A stretch of 64,000 nt of DNA from Malacoraja senta (lineage: Eukaryota): positions 498,001 to 562,000 of the forward strand of contig CM075999.1 in NCBI GenBank assembly GCA_038087875.1. Reading direction: 5' to 3'. The translations under genes were made by a program, and so were the position numbers. Every line of letters begins with the position of its first letter. Position 1 is the first letter of the stretch. Below the pieces are notes generated by a model. That model worked only from the letters and a program-made list of their open reading frames with translations, searched no databases and had not been told where the DNA came from. Positions 40,801 to 55,800 of this stretch are shown here, piece by piece.

Positions 40801-43800
40801 TTCCGTGACCATTGCTTCTACCCTTATAATCAGCCACAGCAATGTTTAGCTGTGCTCTTGCTTAAACTGCAAACAACTTTGCACTAAATTCTTTTACACT
40901 TATCACAAATGTCTTTTGCTTTTTCGCAGAGAGGTAATGGTTAACTACACCAGAGTGACAGCTAAATGTTCATTCCAAAACGTGTCCACCATGGAACCCA
41001 TCAACCGAGAAGATGTTTATGATGTACTTAGAGAGAAGACCATTAACATTTCCTCACTGGGGCCATACTTACTGCAAAGCTACAGCCTCTATGTAAACGG
41101 TACTTATCAAAATATTCCCCGATGTTTCTCTTCATATTGTACTTGTGCAATCTACGGTAACTATTGATTTATAGTCAAGTTCTTTGGTATTTACATATTT
41201 AGATCAGGGACAGCCAGGTATGATATCCTATGTGATCAGAGAAAGCAAACTTTAAAATCATTCACAGTCTTGCTCTTTGGAGCCTGCCTTTGCACAAACA
41301 CACTGCCTCACTGGTATGACCCACTCATAAGAGTGTTTTCTTCCTGATAAATGTTCAAGAAGAGGGGAAAAAAACTCCTCCATTAAAAGGTTACATGCTT
41401 TTTTAGTAGACACAAAGTGCTAGAGTAACTCAGCGGGTCAGGCAGCATCACTGGAGAACGTGAATGGGTGACATTTCAGCAAGAGATCTTTCTTCAGACT
41501 GATTGTGGGCTGGTGGCGGGAGAAGAAAGCTGGAAGAGAAGGGAGGCAGTACAAAGCACGTCAGTTAATAGGTGAACATGTGAGGTAGAGTTTAGAGACG
41601 CAGAAGGTTGGACGAAGGGTAGAGATGAAAAAACATAAGTTTTGAGGGAAAAGGATTGAAGAGTTGCAAATTTGATGCCTGGGGCAGGAATTTAGGTGGA
41701 GGGCAAGGAGGAGGAGTTTAATTTGTGCGAGCCCAGGTGGGACACAGTGTTGTTGTGGTTGGTGGGATTTTAACGATGGCCTAAACTTGACGAATTTAAA
41801 GATCATGCCATTGGATTGGAATCTACCTCTGTTTCCTTGTTTGTTTTCAGATTTCAATGCACACCCCAATGACAATGGTGAGTTTGTATCAAGTGCATCA
41901 AACAATTGGCTCACGTTACATTTGTTCTTCTCCATCTGCTGCTTCAACTCTGTAGAAATCCAGTAATGGGAAACAGTTTTTAAACTATTTTAAAATCGTG
42001 GTACTTTCAACATGCTAAATTGCTTACTCTATTTCCACAGTTCCAGTTCCAATCGAGGTAACATATCCCATTGAATACAACGTGACTTTCATTGTTGACC
42101 GTCTGTCTATTGAAAAAATTCAAGCAAACAATTCAGATGCAGCAACCATGATTGCAGCTGAGGTGAGAGATTTGTACAAGATAATTCCCTGCTGATATAT
42201 TACTTCAACTTTCCATTTTCATCTCTCATTCTGACACAATTTTTCTTAATGCCCTCAGCTCACAGACCTGTTGAAAAACAGCAGTATCAATGCGACATTC
42301 TTAAATTGTGTTGTGGAATCATTCAGGTAACTACAGTAATTTTCCTATTACGCTACGCAAATTACGTTCCTTTGTCTCGACCCGAAACGTTGCCTATTCC
42401 TTCTCTCCATAGATGCTGCCTCACCCGCTGAGTTCCTCCAGCATTTTTGTCTAGCTTCCTTTAACTTCCAATTGTTCATGCTCTGCTTCCAACTTGCAAA
42501 CCAAAAAGTTTCATAAGCAAATTTCCCACAAATTTCATTGCAGAGTTAATATAAATTCTATCAGAATACCCCCCATATTATACTGGAGTATCTCAACGGG
42601 ACAGACAGCAAATGACTAGACAAAGTTTTGGATCGGGCCCTTTTCAGACTGATTGCAGTAGGGGTGAGAAACCTGGACGAGGTGTGGTGAAAGCTTTGGA
42701 CGATGTGAACTCTGTCCTTGTTCAGTCTGGGTGAGGGTGATGTGAGAGCAGATCTAGAAGGTGACGATGGGGCAAGGCTAATTCACATTTATCAAGAAAG
42801 TGCACATCTCTGATGCCCTAAAATTGGATGCCTCATTGTGGGAGCAGATGTGGCGGAGACAGACAAATTGAGAGTCGGATTTCTCTGACCATTGCTTCTC
42901 CTCTTGTAATCAGCCACGGAAACATTTCAGCTGTTCTCTTGCTAACACTGCAAACAACTTTGCACCAAATTCGTTTCCACTTATTACAAATGTCTTTTGC
43001 GTTTTTTCCAGTGAGGTAATGGTTAACAACACCAGAGTGACAGCTAATTGTTTATTCGAAATCCTGTCAACCATGGAACCCATCAGCCGAGAAGATGTTT
43101 ATGATGTATTTAAAGAGAAGACCATTAACATTTCCTCACTGGGTCCATACGCACTGCAACGCTACAGCCTCTATGTAGACGGTACATATCAAAATATTCC
43201 TCAGTGTTTCTCTACATAATGTTATTCATGCGACCTATTGTAGGTGTTGACCTGGAGTCAAGTTGGTTGGTAATTACATATTCAGATCCGGTACGACCAG
43301 GTATGATATCCGATGGGGTGTGGGAAAGCAAATCTTAAAGTTATTCATTAAAGTTAATATTACGGTTGAAGAAGTGCTGAAGGTACTATCGTGTATGATG
43401 GCAGTCAAATCTCCTGGGCCTGATCAGATATATCCGTGATTCAAAAAGGGCTGCAGAGCAAATGCAGGGACTATAGGCCAGTGAGCTTAACATCTGTAGT
43501 TGGAAAGCTACTGGAGAATATTCTGAGGGATACAATATACATGTATTTAGTTGGGCAAAGGCTGATTAGGGAAAGTCATCATGGCTTTGTTTGTGGGAGG
43601 ATGTGCCCGATGAATCCGATTGAGATTTTGAAGATGTGACCAAAAGGGTTGATGAGGGCACAGTTATAGATGTGTATAAATAGACTTCAGCAAAGCATTC
43701 TACAAGGTTCTACATGGTAGGCTGCTCTGGAAAGTCAGATCGCACAGGATCCAAGGAGAGGTAGCTGAATGGATAGAAAATTGGCTTCATGGAAGGAACC

Positions 43801-46800
43801 AAAGGGTGATGGTGGAAGGTTGCTTCTCAGAATGGAGGCCTGTGACCAGTGGAGTGCCTCAGGGTTCGCTGCTGGGCCTGTTACTGTTTGTCATCCATAT
43901 CAATGATTTGGATGAGAACATACATGGCAAGATTAGCAAGTTTGCAGATGATGCAAAAGTGGTTGGTATTGCAGATAGTGAAAATGTTTGTGCTAAATTG
44001 CAGCAGGATCCTGATCAGTTGGCCAAGTGGGCTGAAGAATGGTTGATGGAACCAAGGTGTGAGGTGTTATATTTTGGAAAGTCAAAAATGGGCATGACCT
44101 ACACAGTGAATGGTAGTGCCCTGGGGAGTGTTATAGACCAGGTGGACCTAAGAGTGCAGGTACATAATTCCTTGAAGGTGGAGCCACAGGTAGATAGGGT
44201 GGTCAAAAAGGCTTTTGGCACGTTGGCCTTCATCAGAGTATTCAGTATAGAAGTTGGGAGGTCATGTTGCAGTTATATAAGATAACATTTAGAGTATTGT
44301 GTTCACCATGTTATAGGAAATAAGTTGTCAAGCTGGAATAGGTACAGAGTAGACTTACAAGGATGTTGCCAGGACTCTGAGCTGTAGGGAGAGGTTGAGG
44401 AGGCTGGGACTCTATTACTTGGAGCACAAGAGGATGAGGGGTGATCTTATAGAGGTGTATAAAATCATGAGAGGAATAGATCGGTTAGATGTACAGAGAT
44501 GCTCTTGCGCAGAGTAGGGGAATCGAGGACCAGAGGACATGGGTTTAAGGTGAAAAAGTTTAATAGGAATCTGCGGGGTCAAATTTTCACACAAAGGGTG
44601 GAGTGTGTATGGAATGAGATGCCAGAAGAGGTTGTTGAAGCAGGGACTATCGCAACGTTTAAAACAAAGTTAGACAAGTACATGGATAGGACTGGTTTCG
44701 AGGGATATGGTTAAAACGCAGGCAGGTGGGACTATTTTAGTTAGGACGTTGGCTAGTGTGGACAAATTGTGTTGAAGGGCCTGTATCCACGCAGTATGAC
44801 TATGATTCTAAGGCATCCTCACTTACAGGAGGGGTGAAATAGGTGTGAATCCAGGTGGGGCACAGAAGGGGGTGGGGGGGGGGGGGGTGGGGGGCTTTGT
44901 TAGAGGTTACTTTAAATTGGAAAATTAAAAGTTCATCCTGTTGGTTGTAACCTACCTATGTTTCTTTCTTTGCTTCCAGGTTACACTGTGCAGCCCATCG
45001 TCACGGGTGAGTTTGGGTTTCCATTTAATTGTTTCAGGAATCTTTGGTTATTCACTGCATTTATGACACTTCCACCACCCATATTCCACTAGATTATCAG
45101 TTGAAACTCGGGAAATTATGCCTTGTCCTTTGTTCACAAATACAATCTTGATTGAGAAATGAATAAATTGAAAACTTTCCTTGCTGATAGCAAGGTTTAT
45201 GTTTCTTAACAAAGCAAAAGCTGCTTTGGTACCTACTTTTCAGCCTTAAACCCCTGTTACACTGTGCGAGTTGACCCACGAGGTACCCCGAGTTTAAAAC
45301 AAATTTAACTCGTGGTAATCACGTACAATTAACGTAGCGGGAACGTCGGAACTCGTGGACGCAACTTAGCGACTCGTGGCGCTAACGGCAGGTACCCGTG
45401 AAACTTGTTAACTCTTGAAACAGTTCAAACATGTTTGAACTTTTCCACGAGTAAAATGTACTCTTGAGGTTAAAATTTGAAACATTTCAACTCGTTGTAA
45501 GAACGTAGTGGCCCGTGCGTTTAACTTTGTGACTCGTGATTCTACCGTGGGAACTCTTTTTAGAAACAATAATCAGGGACAGAAATATCAGTTACTTAGA
45601 CTTTTTAAAAACAAATTCTGCTTAACAAAGTAAAAGTTATTGATAAGGTGACAGAGTGGGTTGAAAAGAAAAAATTGCTTGAAGTTTATATATAGATTTT
45701 GTGTATTTGGGACTGAGCTCACAACCTTAAGACAAACCAGTATTGAGGAACAGCGTGAGAACATTTTATGACACTTCATGGCAGCCTAATCTGAGGTTTG
45801 CCAGTCACGTCCAGAAACCATCTCTACCAGTGCTGTTGAAGAAGACAGGGTTGTGTTCACCTCTCCTGCACCCCTGTTCCGTAGGACAACACCAACTCTT
45901 TCATTATGCGGATGTTAAAGGCTGGGTTTTATTCTCAAGCCATGATTCCAGATTCCCGATCTCTTTACTGAAATTTACTGAATCAAAGGGTTCTATTGGA
46001 GGTGCTGCCTCAAAAAGGCAGCCAGCATTGTCATGGACCCACACTACCCTGGCCATGCTCTCATTTCATTCCTGCTGAGCAGAAGGTATAAGAATCTGAA
46101 AACCATGACCTCCAGGTTCAAGAACAGCTTCTTCCCAACAACCATCGGGCTCTTGAACGCTACAAATGCTAACTAAACTATGAACTACAAACTGCCTTGG
46201 TTGCACTAAAGACTTTGGGATTTTTGCAATAATACTGGATTTTTTAATATATATTTTCTTTGTTTAGTATATTATCTATGAGTATTGTGTTTACTGGCCT
46301 GTTATGCTGCTGCAAATGGGAACTCTTTAACAGCGGGCAGGCAGCATCTCTGGAGAGAAGGAATGGGTGATGGGATGACATTTCCAAGTTGGGGGGGGGG
46401 GGTGAGGGGGGGGGGGGTGGAGGAGAGAGGGTGGAGAGAGGAGGGGGAGACAGATGGGGGTGTCTTCATTCACTGGCTGCGGGTGCCCGTCACTGAAACA
46501 GGTAGGTGAGATTTCACATCCACCTTGTTAGTCTTCAGCTCATTAAAGAGCTCAGGTGAAATTCTGATGAAATTTTTTAATGCAGATTTATCCTCTTCGC
46601 ACAGCCCATTAAGCAGCTTTTCATACTGTCCGAAGAGAGATCTCCTTTGAAACAGGGGCTTCACCCACTGAGACCTCATCTTAATTTTTCTCTTTACTCT
46701 CTCTCTTCTGCCTTCATTACACAAGCGTCCTTGCATCACATTAAGGGCTGCAGCATACAGCACTTGAACAAAAAACATCACCATCCTGGACTCCAATAGC

Positions 46801-49800
46801 CTTCTTGCAGACATTTTCTCCTAATGAGCCAATTTAAACAAGGCAGGCTTTTTATAGTATGTAAAAAAAAAAGCATGACATCATTTTTTCAATCGAGTGG
46901 GAACTCGATTAAACTCTGGATCATAAACTTGTTGTCTCGTACGCAACCACGAGTCTTTCACTCGGGGTCACTCGTGGGTCAACTCGCACAGTGAAACAGG
47001 GCTATTAAGCTAGGAACAACTCACAAATATTCTCATCTATATCTTGTGCAGAATCTCACATAAATGTATCAAACAATTTCCTCAGATCACAATTATTCTA
47101 CTCGATCTGTTGCTTAAAGAGCCTGTCCCACTGTACGAGGTAATTCAAGGTAATTTTCCAAAGTTTTCCCCTGATTCGAACTCGGAGAATGTCCGTAGCG
47201 GGTCCGTTGGAGTTTGTGGATGTCTCGTAGCGGCTCGTACGAGTAAAAAGTAACAATTTTTATCATCACGAGTATTTTTTTACTCGTGGACATTTTTCAC
47301 AGTGTTGAAAAAACGTCATGAGTTTACTAGATTTCCCGAGTACCTACCGCTACTCGTACGAGCCGCTACGAGTCATCCACGAGCTCTTACGGTCCCGCTA
47401 CGGACATTCTCAGAGTTCGAATCAGGGGAAAACTTGAGAGAACTCTTGAATTATCTTGTACAGTGGGACAGGCCCTTAAGCTGTGTAGAAAACCATAACT
47501 GTGAAACTGTTTTTAAACTATTTTTAAATCAGCGTGCTAAATTGCTTACTATATTTCCACAGTTACAGTTCCAATCGACTTAACAAATGACATTAATTAC
47601 AACGTGACGTTCATTGTTGTTAGTCTGCCAATTGAAGAAATTCAAAGAAACCTTTCAGAAACAGCAACCCTCATTGCAGCTGAGGTGAGAACATTATACA
47701 AGGTAGTTTTCTGCTGATATATTACTTCATCGTTCCCTCTTTTTTTCTCATTCTAACACAATTTTTCTTACTGTCCTCAGATCATAGACCTGTTCGAAAA
47801 CACCCGTATCAATGCAACATTCTTAACATGTGTTGTAGAATCATTCAGGTAACTCACAGTCACTTTCCTATCAATTATCAATATTGCATTCCTTTAATTT
47901 CCAATTGTTCTCGCACAGTGTTTCCAATTTGCAAACACAATAATCTCATAAACACATTTCCTGCAAATATCATTGCAGAGTCAATATACATTCTTATATA
48001 TTCATAGGTGCGAGTCCAGGTGGGGCACAGGAGAGGGAGGCGGGGTGGGGGCGGTTTGTTGGAGCTTACTTAAAATTGGAAAATGCAAGACACAATGTTG
48101 TGCAGTACCTCAGCGGGTCAGGCAGCAAATCTGGACATTATGGCTCAGCAATGTTTTGGGTCCAGCCCTTCTTCAGATAAATTGCAGTAGGTGTGAGAAA
48201 GCTGGAAGAGAGATGGGAAGAGGATATCGAAATGTGGCAAGTGATAGGAATATACAGATGAGGGGGGTTTAGATTGGCAAATGGTTGGACAAAATCCACT
48301 GAAGAAGACAACTGATTTCATATAGGGAGAAACCTTAAAGAGGCATTAAATATAATTTCCAGAGGAAGGAAGAATAGTGGAATAGCTGAATGGGGGGTTG
48401 GGACCATTGAGAAATGGGTTCACACCCAGGTGTAGCACAGGGAAGGTTGGGGAGATAGGGAAGATGGCATTTGTAGGTTAGTTACGTAAAATTGGAGAAT
48501 TCATTGTTCATACTGTTAGGCTCTAGACTACTCTTCATACTATGAGGTGCTGTTCTTCTAGTTTGAGTGTGGCCTCACTCTGGCAATGGATGAGTCCCAG
48601 GACTGGCCGGTCGGTATGGGAATCAGAACGGTAGTTAAAATGTTTTAAAACTGGGAGAACCAGTGGGCCTTGGTCGATCTTGCACGTGTTCAGCTAAATG
48701 GTCATCTAGACTATGCTTGGTCTTGGCAAAGTAATGGAGACCACATCAGGAGCACCAAATGCAGTAGATGAGGTTCAAGACTGGTGGCGTGAAAGCTAAG
48801 GATGAGGGGAACTCTACCCTTGTTCCACCTGGATGTGGCGGATGCAGGAGCAGAATTAGATGAGACGTGAGTGAGGGATCCATCTATGACAACCAGTGGT
48901 AATCCAGGTTTACTCAAGAAATGTCATATCTCAGATGCCCTAGAATGGGAAGCCCATACCTATGGGAGTGGGGGCAGAGGCGGCGGAGACTGACAATATG
49001 GGAGTCCGCTTTCTGTGACCATTGCTTCTGCTCTTATAATCAGCCACAGCAATGTTTAGCTGTGCTCTAGATAAAACTGCAAACAACTTTGCACTAAATT
49101 AATTTGCACTTATCACAAATGGCTTTTTCTTTTTCACAGAGTGGAAATGGTTAACAGCTCCAGAGTGACAGCTAATTGTACATTCCAAAACGTGTCCACC
49201 ATGGAACCCATCAACCGAGAAGAGGTTTATGCTGTATTTAGCGAGAAGACCGATGACATTTCCTCACTGGGGCCATACTTACTGCAAAGCTACAGCCTCT
49301 ACGTAAATGGTACTTATCAAAATATTCCTTGGTGTTTCTCTTCATATTGTACTTGTGGAATCTATGGTAACTATTGATTTATAGTCATGTTCTTTGGTAT
49401 TTACATATTTAGGTCAGGGACAACTAGGTATGATATCCTATGGGATCTGAGGAAGCAAAATTTAAATTCATTCGCAGACTTGCTCTTCGGAGCCTGCCCT
49501 TGCACAAACACACTGCCTCACTGGTATGACCCACTCACAAAAATACTTTCCTCCTGATAAATATTCAAGGAGCAATCAAAAAAAACCTCCTCCATTAAAA
49601 GGTTACATGCATTTTTAGAAGACACAAAGTGCTAGAGTAACTCAGTGGGTCAGGCAGCATCACTGGAGAATGTGAATGGGTGACATTTCAGCCCGAGATC
49701 CTTCTTCAGACTGATTGTGGGGTGGTGGGGGGAGAAGAAAGCTGGAAGAGAAGGGAGGCAGTACAAAGCACGTCATTAATAGGTGAACACAGGTGAAGTA

Positions 49801-52800
49801 GAGTTTGGATACGCAGAATGTTGGACAAAGGCCAGAGATGAAAAAACATAAGGGATGAGGGAAAAGGATTGAAGAGTTGCAAATTTGATGCCAGGGGAAG
49901 GAATGTAGATGGAGGGCAAGGGGAACGAGTTTAATAGGTGCGAGCCCAGGCGGGACACAGTGTTGTTGTGGTTGGTGGTTTTTAAAGACTGCCTAAATTG
50001 CCTGAATTTAAAGTTCATGCCATTGGATTGGTCCTACATATATTTCCTTGTTTGTTTTCAGATTTCACTGTACAGCCCGATGTCAATGGTGAGTTTGTAT
50101 CAATTCATCAAACAATTGTCTCACGTTACATTTGTTCTTCTCCATCTGTTGCTTAAACTGTGTAGAATTCCTTCACAGTTGAGTAGATGTTTTTTATGAC
50201 TTCTTAGATCAAATGCCTTTTAGACACCTGCACTTGAAAAACTGTCTTACCAGTGGACCTTGACAAATAATTCCCATGTTGCACCACTGCTTTCAGTGAG
50301 ATAAAAACTAACATTAAAATAACCTGAGAAGCAAAGTGCTGTGATTTATTGGGTGAAGGATTTTATGACTAGGTCAGCTGTCAAAGAGCGAGATAACAAA
50401 AAATAGGTCAATAGACAATAGACAATAGGCGCAGGAGTAGGCCATTCAGCCCTTCGAGCCAGCACCGCCATTCAATGTGATCACGGCTGATCATCCACAA
50501 TTAGTACCCCGTTCCTGCCTTCTCCCCATATCCCCTGACTCCGCTATCTTTAAGAGCCCAATCTAGCTCTCTCTTGAAAGTATCCAGAGAACCGGCCTCC
50601 ACCGCCCTCTGAGGCAGAGAGTCAAAACACACATAACAGGTGTACTTTATAAGATCCAAGAAATGGAACATATCCTTGGAACATACCCTTGAATTAGTTT
50701 AGAGCATTTATGTTAGTATACATTTTTGATGAATTCATAGCTTTTAATAACATTATTCCAATTGTTTCTTCGAAATGTTCTTTACAGAGCCACCAATTGT
50801 TCCTGAACAAAATAACCCAAACGATCAAGAGAATCCAGGTAACTCAGCTACATGCTCTGCGCACATCAAGTATATGGAGATCTCCAAATACTAAAAGCAT
50901 TCATAATTCGCAAAGAACCACAAAATAAAATCAAAACTAGGCTGTACTCCACCCACTATCACTACAATGAGTCAGGTGGTGGATGATCAGGATTGGATCT
51001 CCCAGTATGATATTTTATAGCTTTCATTATAATTGAAGGGAAATTGTGGATGAAGAAGGAAAAGTAGAGGCTTTGATTCCAAAGGGGAGACATAAGAGAT
51101 TACAGATGCTGGAAACTGGAGCAAACAACAAACTGCTGGAGGAACTCAGTAAGTCCGGCAACACCTGTGGAAGGAAATAGAAGATTTGACTGGGCAGGAC
51201 ATGGGCAGGACCTACACAGTGAATGGTAGGGCCCTGGAGAGTGTTATAGACCAGTGTTAGGGACCTAAGAGTGCAGGCATATAATTCCTTGAAGGTGGAG
51301 CCACAGGTAGATAGGGTTGTCAAAAAGGCTTTTGGCACGTTGGCCTTCATCAGAGTATTCAGTATAGATGTAGGGAGGTCATGTTGCAGTTATATAAGAT
51401 GCTGGTAAGGCAACATTTAGAGTATTGTGTTCACCATGTTTTAGGAAAGATGTTGTCAAGCTGGAATGGGTACAGAGAAGAATTACAAGGATGTTGCCAG
51501 GACTCAAGGAACTGAGCTATAGGGAGAGTTTGAGTAGACTGGGACTCTATTCCTTCGAGCACAAGAGGATGAGGGGTGATCTTATCGAGGTATATAAAAG
51601 CATGAGAGGAATAGATTGGTTAGATGCACAGAGTCTCTTACGCAGATCAGGGGAATCGAGGACCAGAGGACATGGGTTTAAGGTGAAAAAAGTTACTAGG
51701 AATCTGAGGGGTCAAATTTTTACACAAAGGGTGGTGGGTGTATGGAACGAGCTGCCAAAAGAGGTAGTTGAGGCAGGGACTATCGCAACGTTTTTAAAAA
51801 AGTTGGACAGGTACATGGATAGGACTGGTTTGGAGGGATATGGATTAAACGCCGACAGGTGGGTATATTTTAGCTAAGACGTTGACTGTTGTGTGTATAA
51901 GTTCGGCCGAAGGGCGTTTCCACGCAGTATGACTATGATTCTAAGGCACCCTCACTTACAGGAGGGGTGAAGTAGGTGTGAATCCAGGTGGGGCACAGGA
52001 GGGGGGGGTGTCTTTGTTAGAGGTTACTTAAAATTGGAAAATGCAAAGATTCATCCTGTTGGTTGTAAACTACCTATGTTTCTTTCTTTGCTTCCAGGTT
52101 ACACTGTGCAGCCCATCGTCACGGGTGAGTTTGGGTTTCCATTTAATTGTTTCAGGAATCTTTGGTTATTCACTGCATTTATGATACTTCCACCACCCAT
52201 ATTCTACTAGATTATTAGTTGAAACTCGGGAAATTATGCCTTGTCTTTTGTTCACGAATACAATCTTGATTGAGAAATGAATGAATTGAAAACTTTCCTT
52301 GCTAATGGCAAGGTTTTTGCTTCTTTACAAAGCAAAAGCTGCTTTGGTACCTACTTTTCAGCCTTAAGCTAGGAACAACTCACAAATATTCTCATCTACA
52401 TCTTGTGCAGAATTTCACTCAAAATGGATCAAACAACTGCCTCAGATCACAATGATTCTACTTGATCTGTTGCTTAAACCGTGTAGAAAACCATAACTGT
52501 GAAACTGTTCTTAAATTATTTTAAAATCGTTGTAGTATCAGCGTGCTAAGTTGCTTACTATATTTCCACAGTTTCAGTTCCAATCGACTTAACAAATGAC
52601 ATTAATTACAACATGACGTTCATTGTTGTTAGTCTGCCAATTGAAGAAATTCAAAGAAACCCTTCAGAAACAGCAATCATCATTGCAGCTGAGGTGAGAA
52701 CATTGTACAAGATAGTTTTCTGCTGATATATTACTTCATCTTTCCCTCTTTTTTTCTCATTCTAACACAATTTTTCTTACTGTGCTCAGATCATAGACCT

Positions 52801-55800
52801 GTTCGAAAACAGCAGAATCAATGCAACATTCTTAACATGTGTTGTAGAATCAATCAGGTAACTCACAGTAACTTTCCTATCAATTATCAATATTGCATTC
52901 CTTTAATTTCCAATTGTTCTCGCACAGTGTTTCCAATTTGCAAACACAATAATCTCATAAACTAATTTCCTGCAAATATCATTGCAGAGTCAATATACAT
53001 TCTTATATATTCATAGGTGCGAGTCCAGGTGGGGCACAGGAGAGGGAGGCGGGGTGGGGGCGGTTTGTTGGAGCTTACTTAAAATTGGAAAATGCAAGAC
53101 ACAATGTTGTGCAGTACCTCAGCGGGTCAGGCAGCAAATCTGGACATTATGGCTCGGCAATGTTTTGGGTCCAGCCCTTCTTCAGATAAATTGCAGTAGG
53201 TGTGAGAAAGCTGGAAGAGAGATGGGAAGAGGATGTCAAAATGTGGCAAGTGATAGGAGTATACAGATGAGGAGGGTTTAGATTGGCAAATGGTTGGACA
53301 AAATCCACTGAAGAAGACAACTGATTTCAAATACGGAGAAACCTTAAAGAGGCATTAAATATAATTTCCAGAGGAAGGAAGAATAGTGGAATAGCTGAAT
53401 GGGGGGTTGGGACCATTGAGAAATGGGTGCACACCCAGGTGTAGCACAGGGAAGGTTGGGGAGATAGGGAAGATGGCATTTGTAGGTTAGTTACATAAAA
53501 TTGGAGAATTCATTGTTCATACTGTTAGGCTCTAGACTACTCTTCATACTATGAGGTGCTGTTCTTCTAGTTTGAGTGTGGCCTCACTCTGGCAATGGAT
53601 GAGGCCCAGGACAGGTCGTTCGGTATGGTAGAACGGTAGTTAAAATGTTTTAAAACTGGGAGAACCAGTAGGCCTTGGTCGATCTTGCACGTGTTCAGCT
53701 AAATGGTCATCTAGACTATGCTTGGTCTTGGCAAAGTAATGGAGACCACAGCAGGAGCACCAAATGCAGTAGATGAGGTTCAAGACTGGTGGCGTGAAAG
53801 CTAAGGATGAGGGGAACTCTACCCTTGTTCCATCTGGATGAGGCGGATGCAAGAGCAGAATTAGATGAGACGCGAGTGAGGGATCCATCTATGACAACCA
53901 GTGGTAATCCAGGTTTACTCAAGAAATGTCATATCTCAGATGCCCTAGAATGGGAAGCCCATACCTATGGAAGTGGGAGCAGAGGCGGCGGAGACTGACA
54001 ATATGGGAGTCAGCTTTCTGTGACCATTGCTTCTGCTCATATAATCAGCCACAGCAATGTTTAGCTGTGCTCTAGATAAAACTGCAAACAACTTTGCACT
54101 AAATTATTTTGCACTTATCACAAATGGCTTTTTCTTTTTCACAGAGTGGAAATGGTTAACAGCTCCAGAGTGACAGCTAATTGTACATTCCAAAACGTGT
54201 CCACCATGGAACCCATCAACCGAGAAGAGGTTTATGCTGTATTTAGCGAGAAGACCGATGACATTTCCTCACTGGGGCCATACTTACTGCAAAGCTACAG
54301 CCTCTACGTAAATGGTACTTATCAAAATATTCCTTGGTGTTTCTCTTCATATTGTACTTGTGCAATCTATGGTAACTATTGATTTATAGTCATGTTCTTT
54401 GGTATTTACATATTTAGATCAGGGACAACTAGGTATGATATCCTATGGGATCTGAGGAAGCAAAATTTAAATTCATTCGCAGACTTGCTCTTCGGAGCCT
54501 GCCCTTGCACAAACACACTGCCTCACTGGTATGACCCACTCACAAAAATACTTTCCTCCTGATAAATATTCAAGGAGCAATCAAAAAAAACCTCCTCCAT
54601 TAAAAGGTTACATGCATTTTTAGAAGACACAAAGTGCTAGAGTAACTCAGTGGGTCAGGCAGCATCACTGGAGAATGTGAATGGGTGACATTTCAGCCTG
54701 AGATCCTTCTTCAGACTGATTGTGGGGTGGTGGGGGGAGAAGAAAGCTGGAAGAGAAGGGAGGCAGTACAAAAGCACGTCATTAATGGGTGAACACAGGT
54801 GAAGTAGAGTTTGGATACGCAGAAGGTTGGACAAAGGCTAGAGACGAAAAAACATAAGGGATGAGGGAAAAGGATTGAAGAGTTGCAAATTTGATGCCAG
54901 GGGAAGGAATGTAGATGGAGGGCAAGGGGAACGAGTTTAATAGGTGCGAGCCCAGGTGGGACACAGTGTTGTTGTGGTTGGTGGTTTTTAAAGATTGCCT
55001 AAATTGCCTGAAATTAAAGTTCGTGCCATTGGATTGGTCCTACATATATTTCCTTGTTTGTTTTCAGATTTCACTGTACAGCCCGATGTCAATGGTGAGT
55101 TTGTATCAATTCATCAAACAATTGTCTCACGTTACATTTGTTCTTCTCCATCTGTTGCTTAAACTGTGTAGAATTCCTTCACTGTTGAGTAGATGTTTTT
55201 TATGACTTCTTAGATCAAATGTCTTTTAGACACTTGAAAAACTGCCTTACCAGTGGACCTTGACAAATAATTCCCATGTTGCACTACTGCTTCCAGTTAG
55301 AGAAAAACTAACATTAAAATAACCTGAGAAGCAAAGTGCTGTGATTTATTGGGCGAAAGATTTTATGACTAGGTCAGCTGTCAAAGAGCGAGATAACAAA
55401 AAATAGGTCAATAGACAATAGGTGCAGGAGTAGGCCATTCGGCCCTTCGAGCCAGCACCGTCATTCAATGTGATCACGGCTGATCATCCACAATTAGTAC
55501 CCCGTTCCTGCCTTCTCTCCATATCCCCTGACTCCGCTATCTTTAAGAGCCCAATCTAGCTCTCACTTGAAAGTATCCAGAGAACCGGCCTCCACCGCCC
55601 TCTGAGGCAGAGAGTCAAAACACACATAACAGGTGTACTTTATAAGATCCAAGAAATGGAACATATCCTTGGAACATACCCTTGATTTAGTTTAGAGCAT
55701 TTATGTTAGTATAAATTTTTGATGAATTCATAGCTTTTAATAACATTATTCCAATTGTTTCTTCGAAATGTTCTTTACAGAGCCACCAATTGTTCCTGAA

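Larger units (their letters stand above)
19800..47900. repeat. Tandem block II: 5.34 kb / 6.45 kb dimeric units with a ~17.1 kb higher-order period
   Basis: GY-type exon A at 21414, 27860, 33199, 38533 and 44980 (spacing 6446, 5339, 5334, 6447). Boundaries approximate. Confidence 0.9.
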
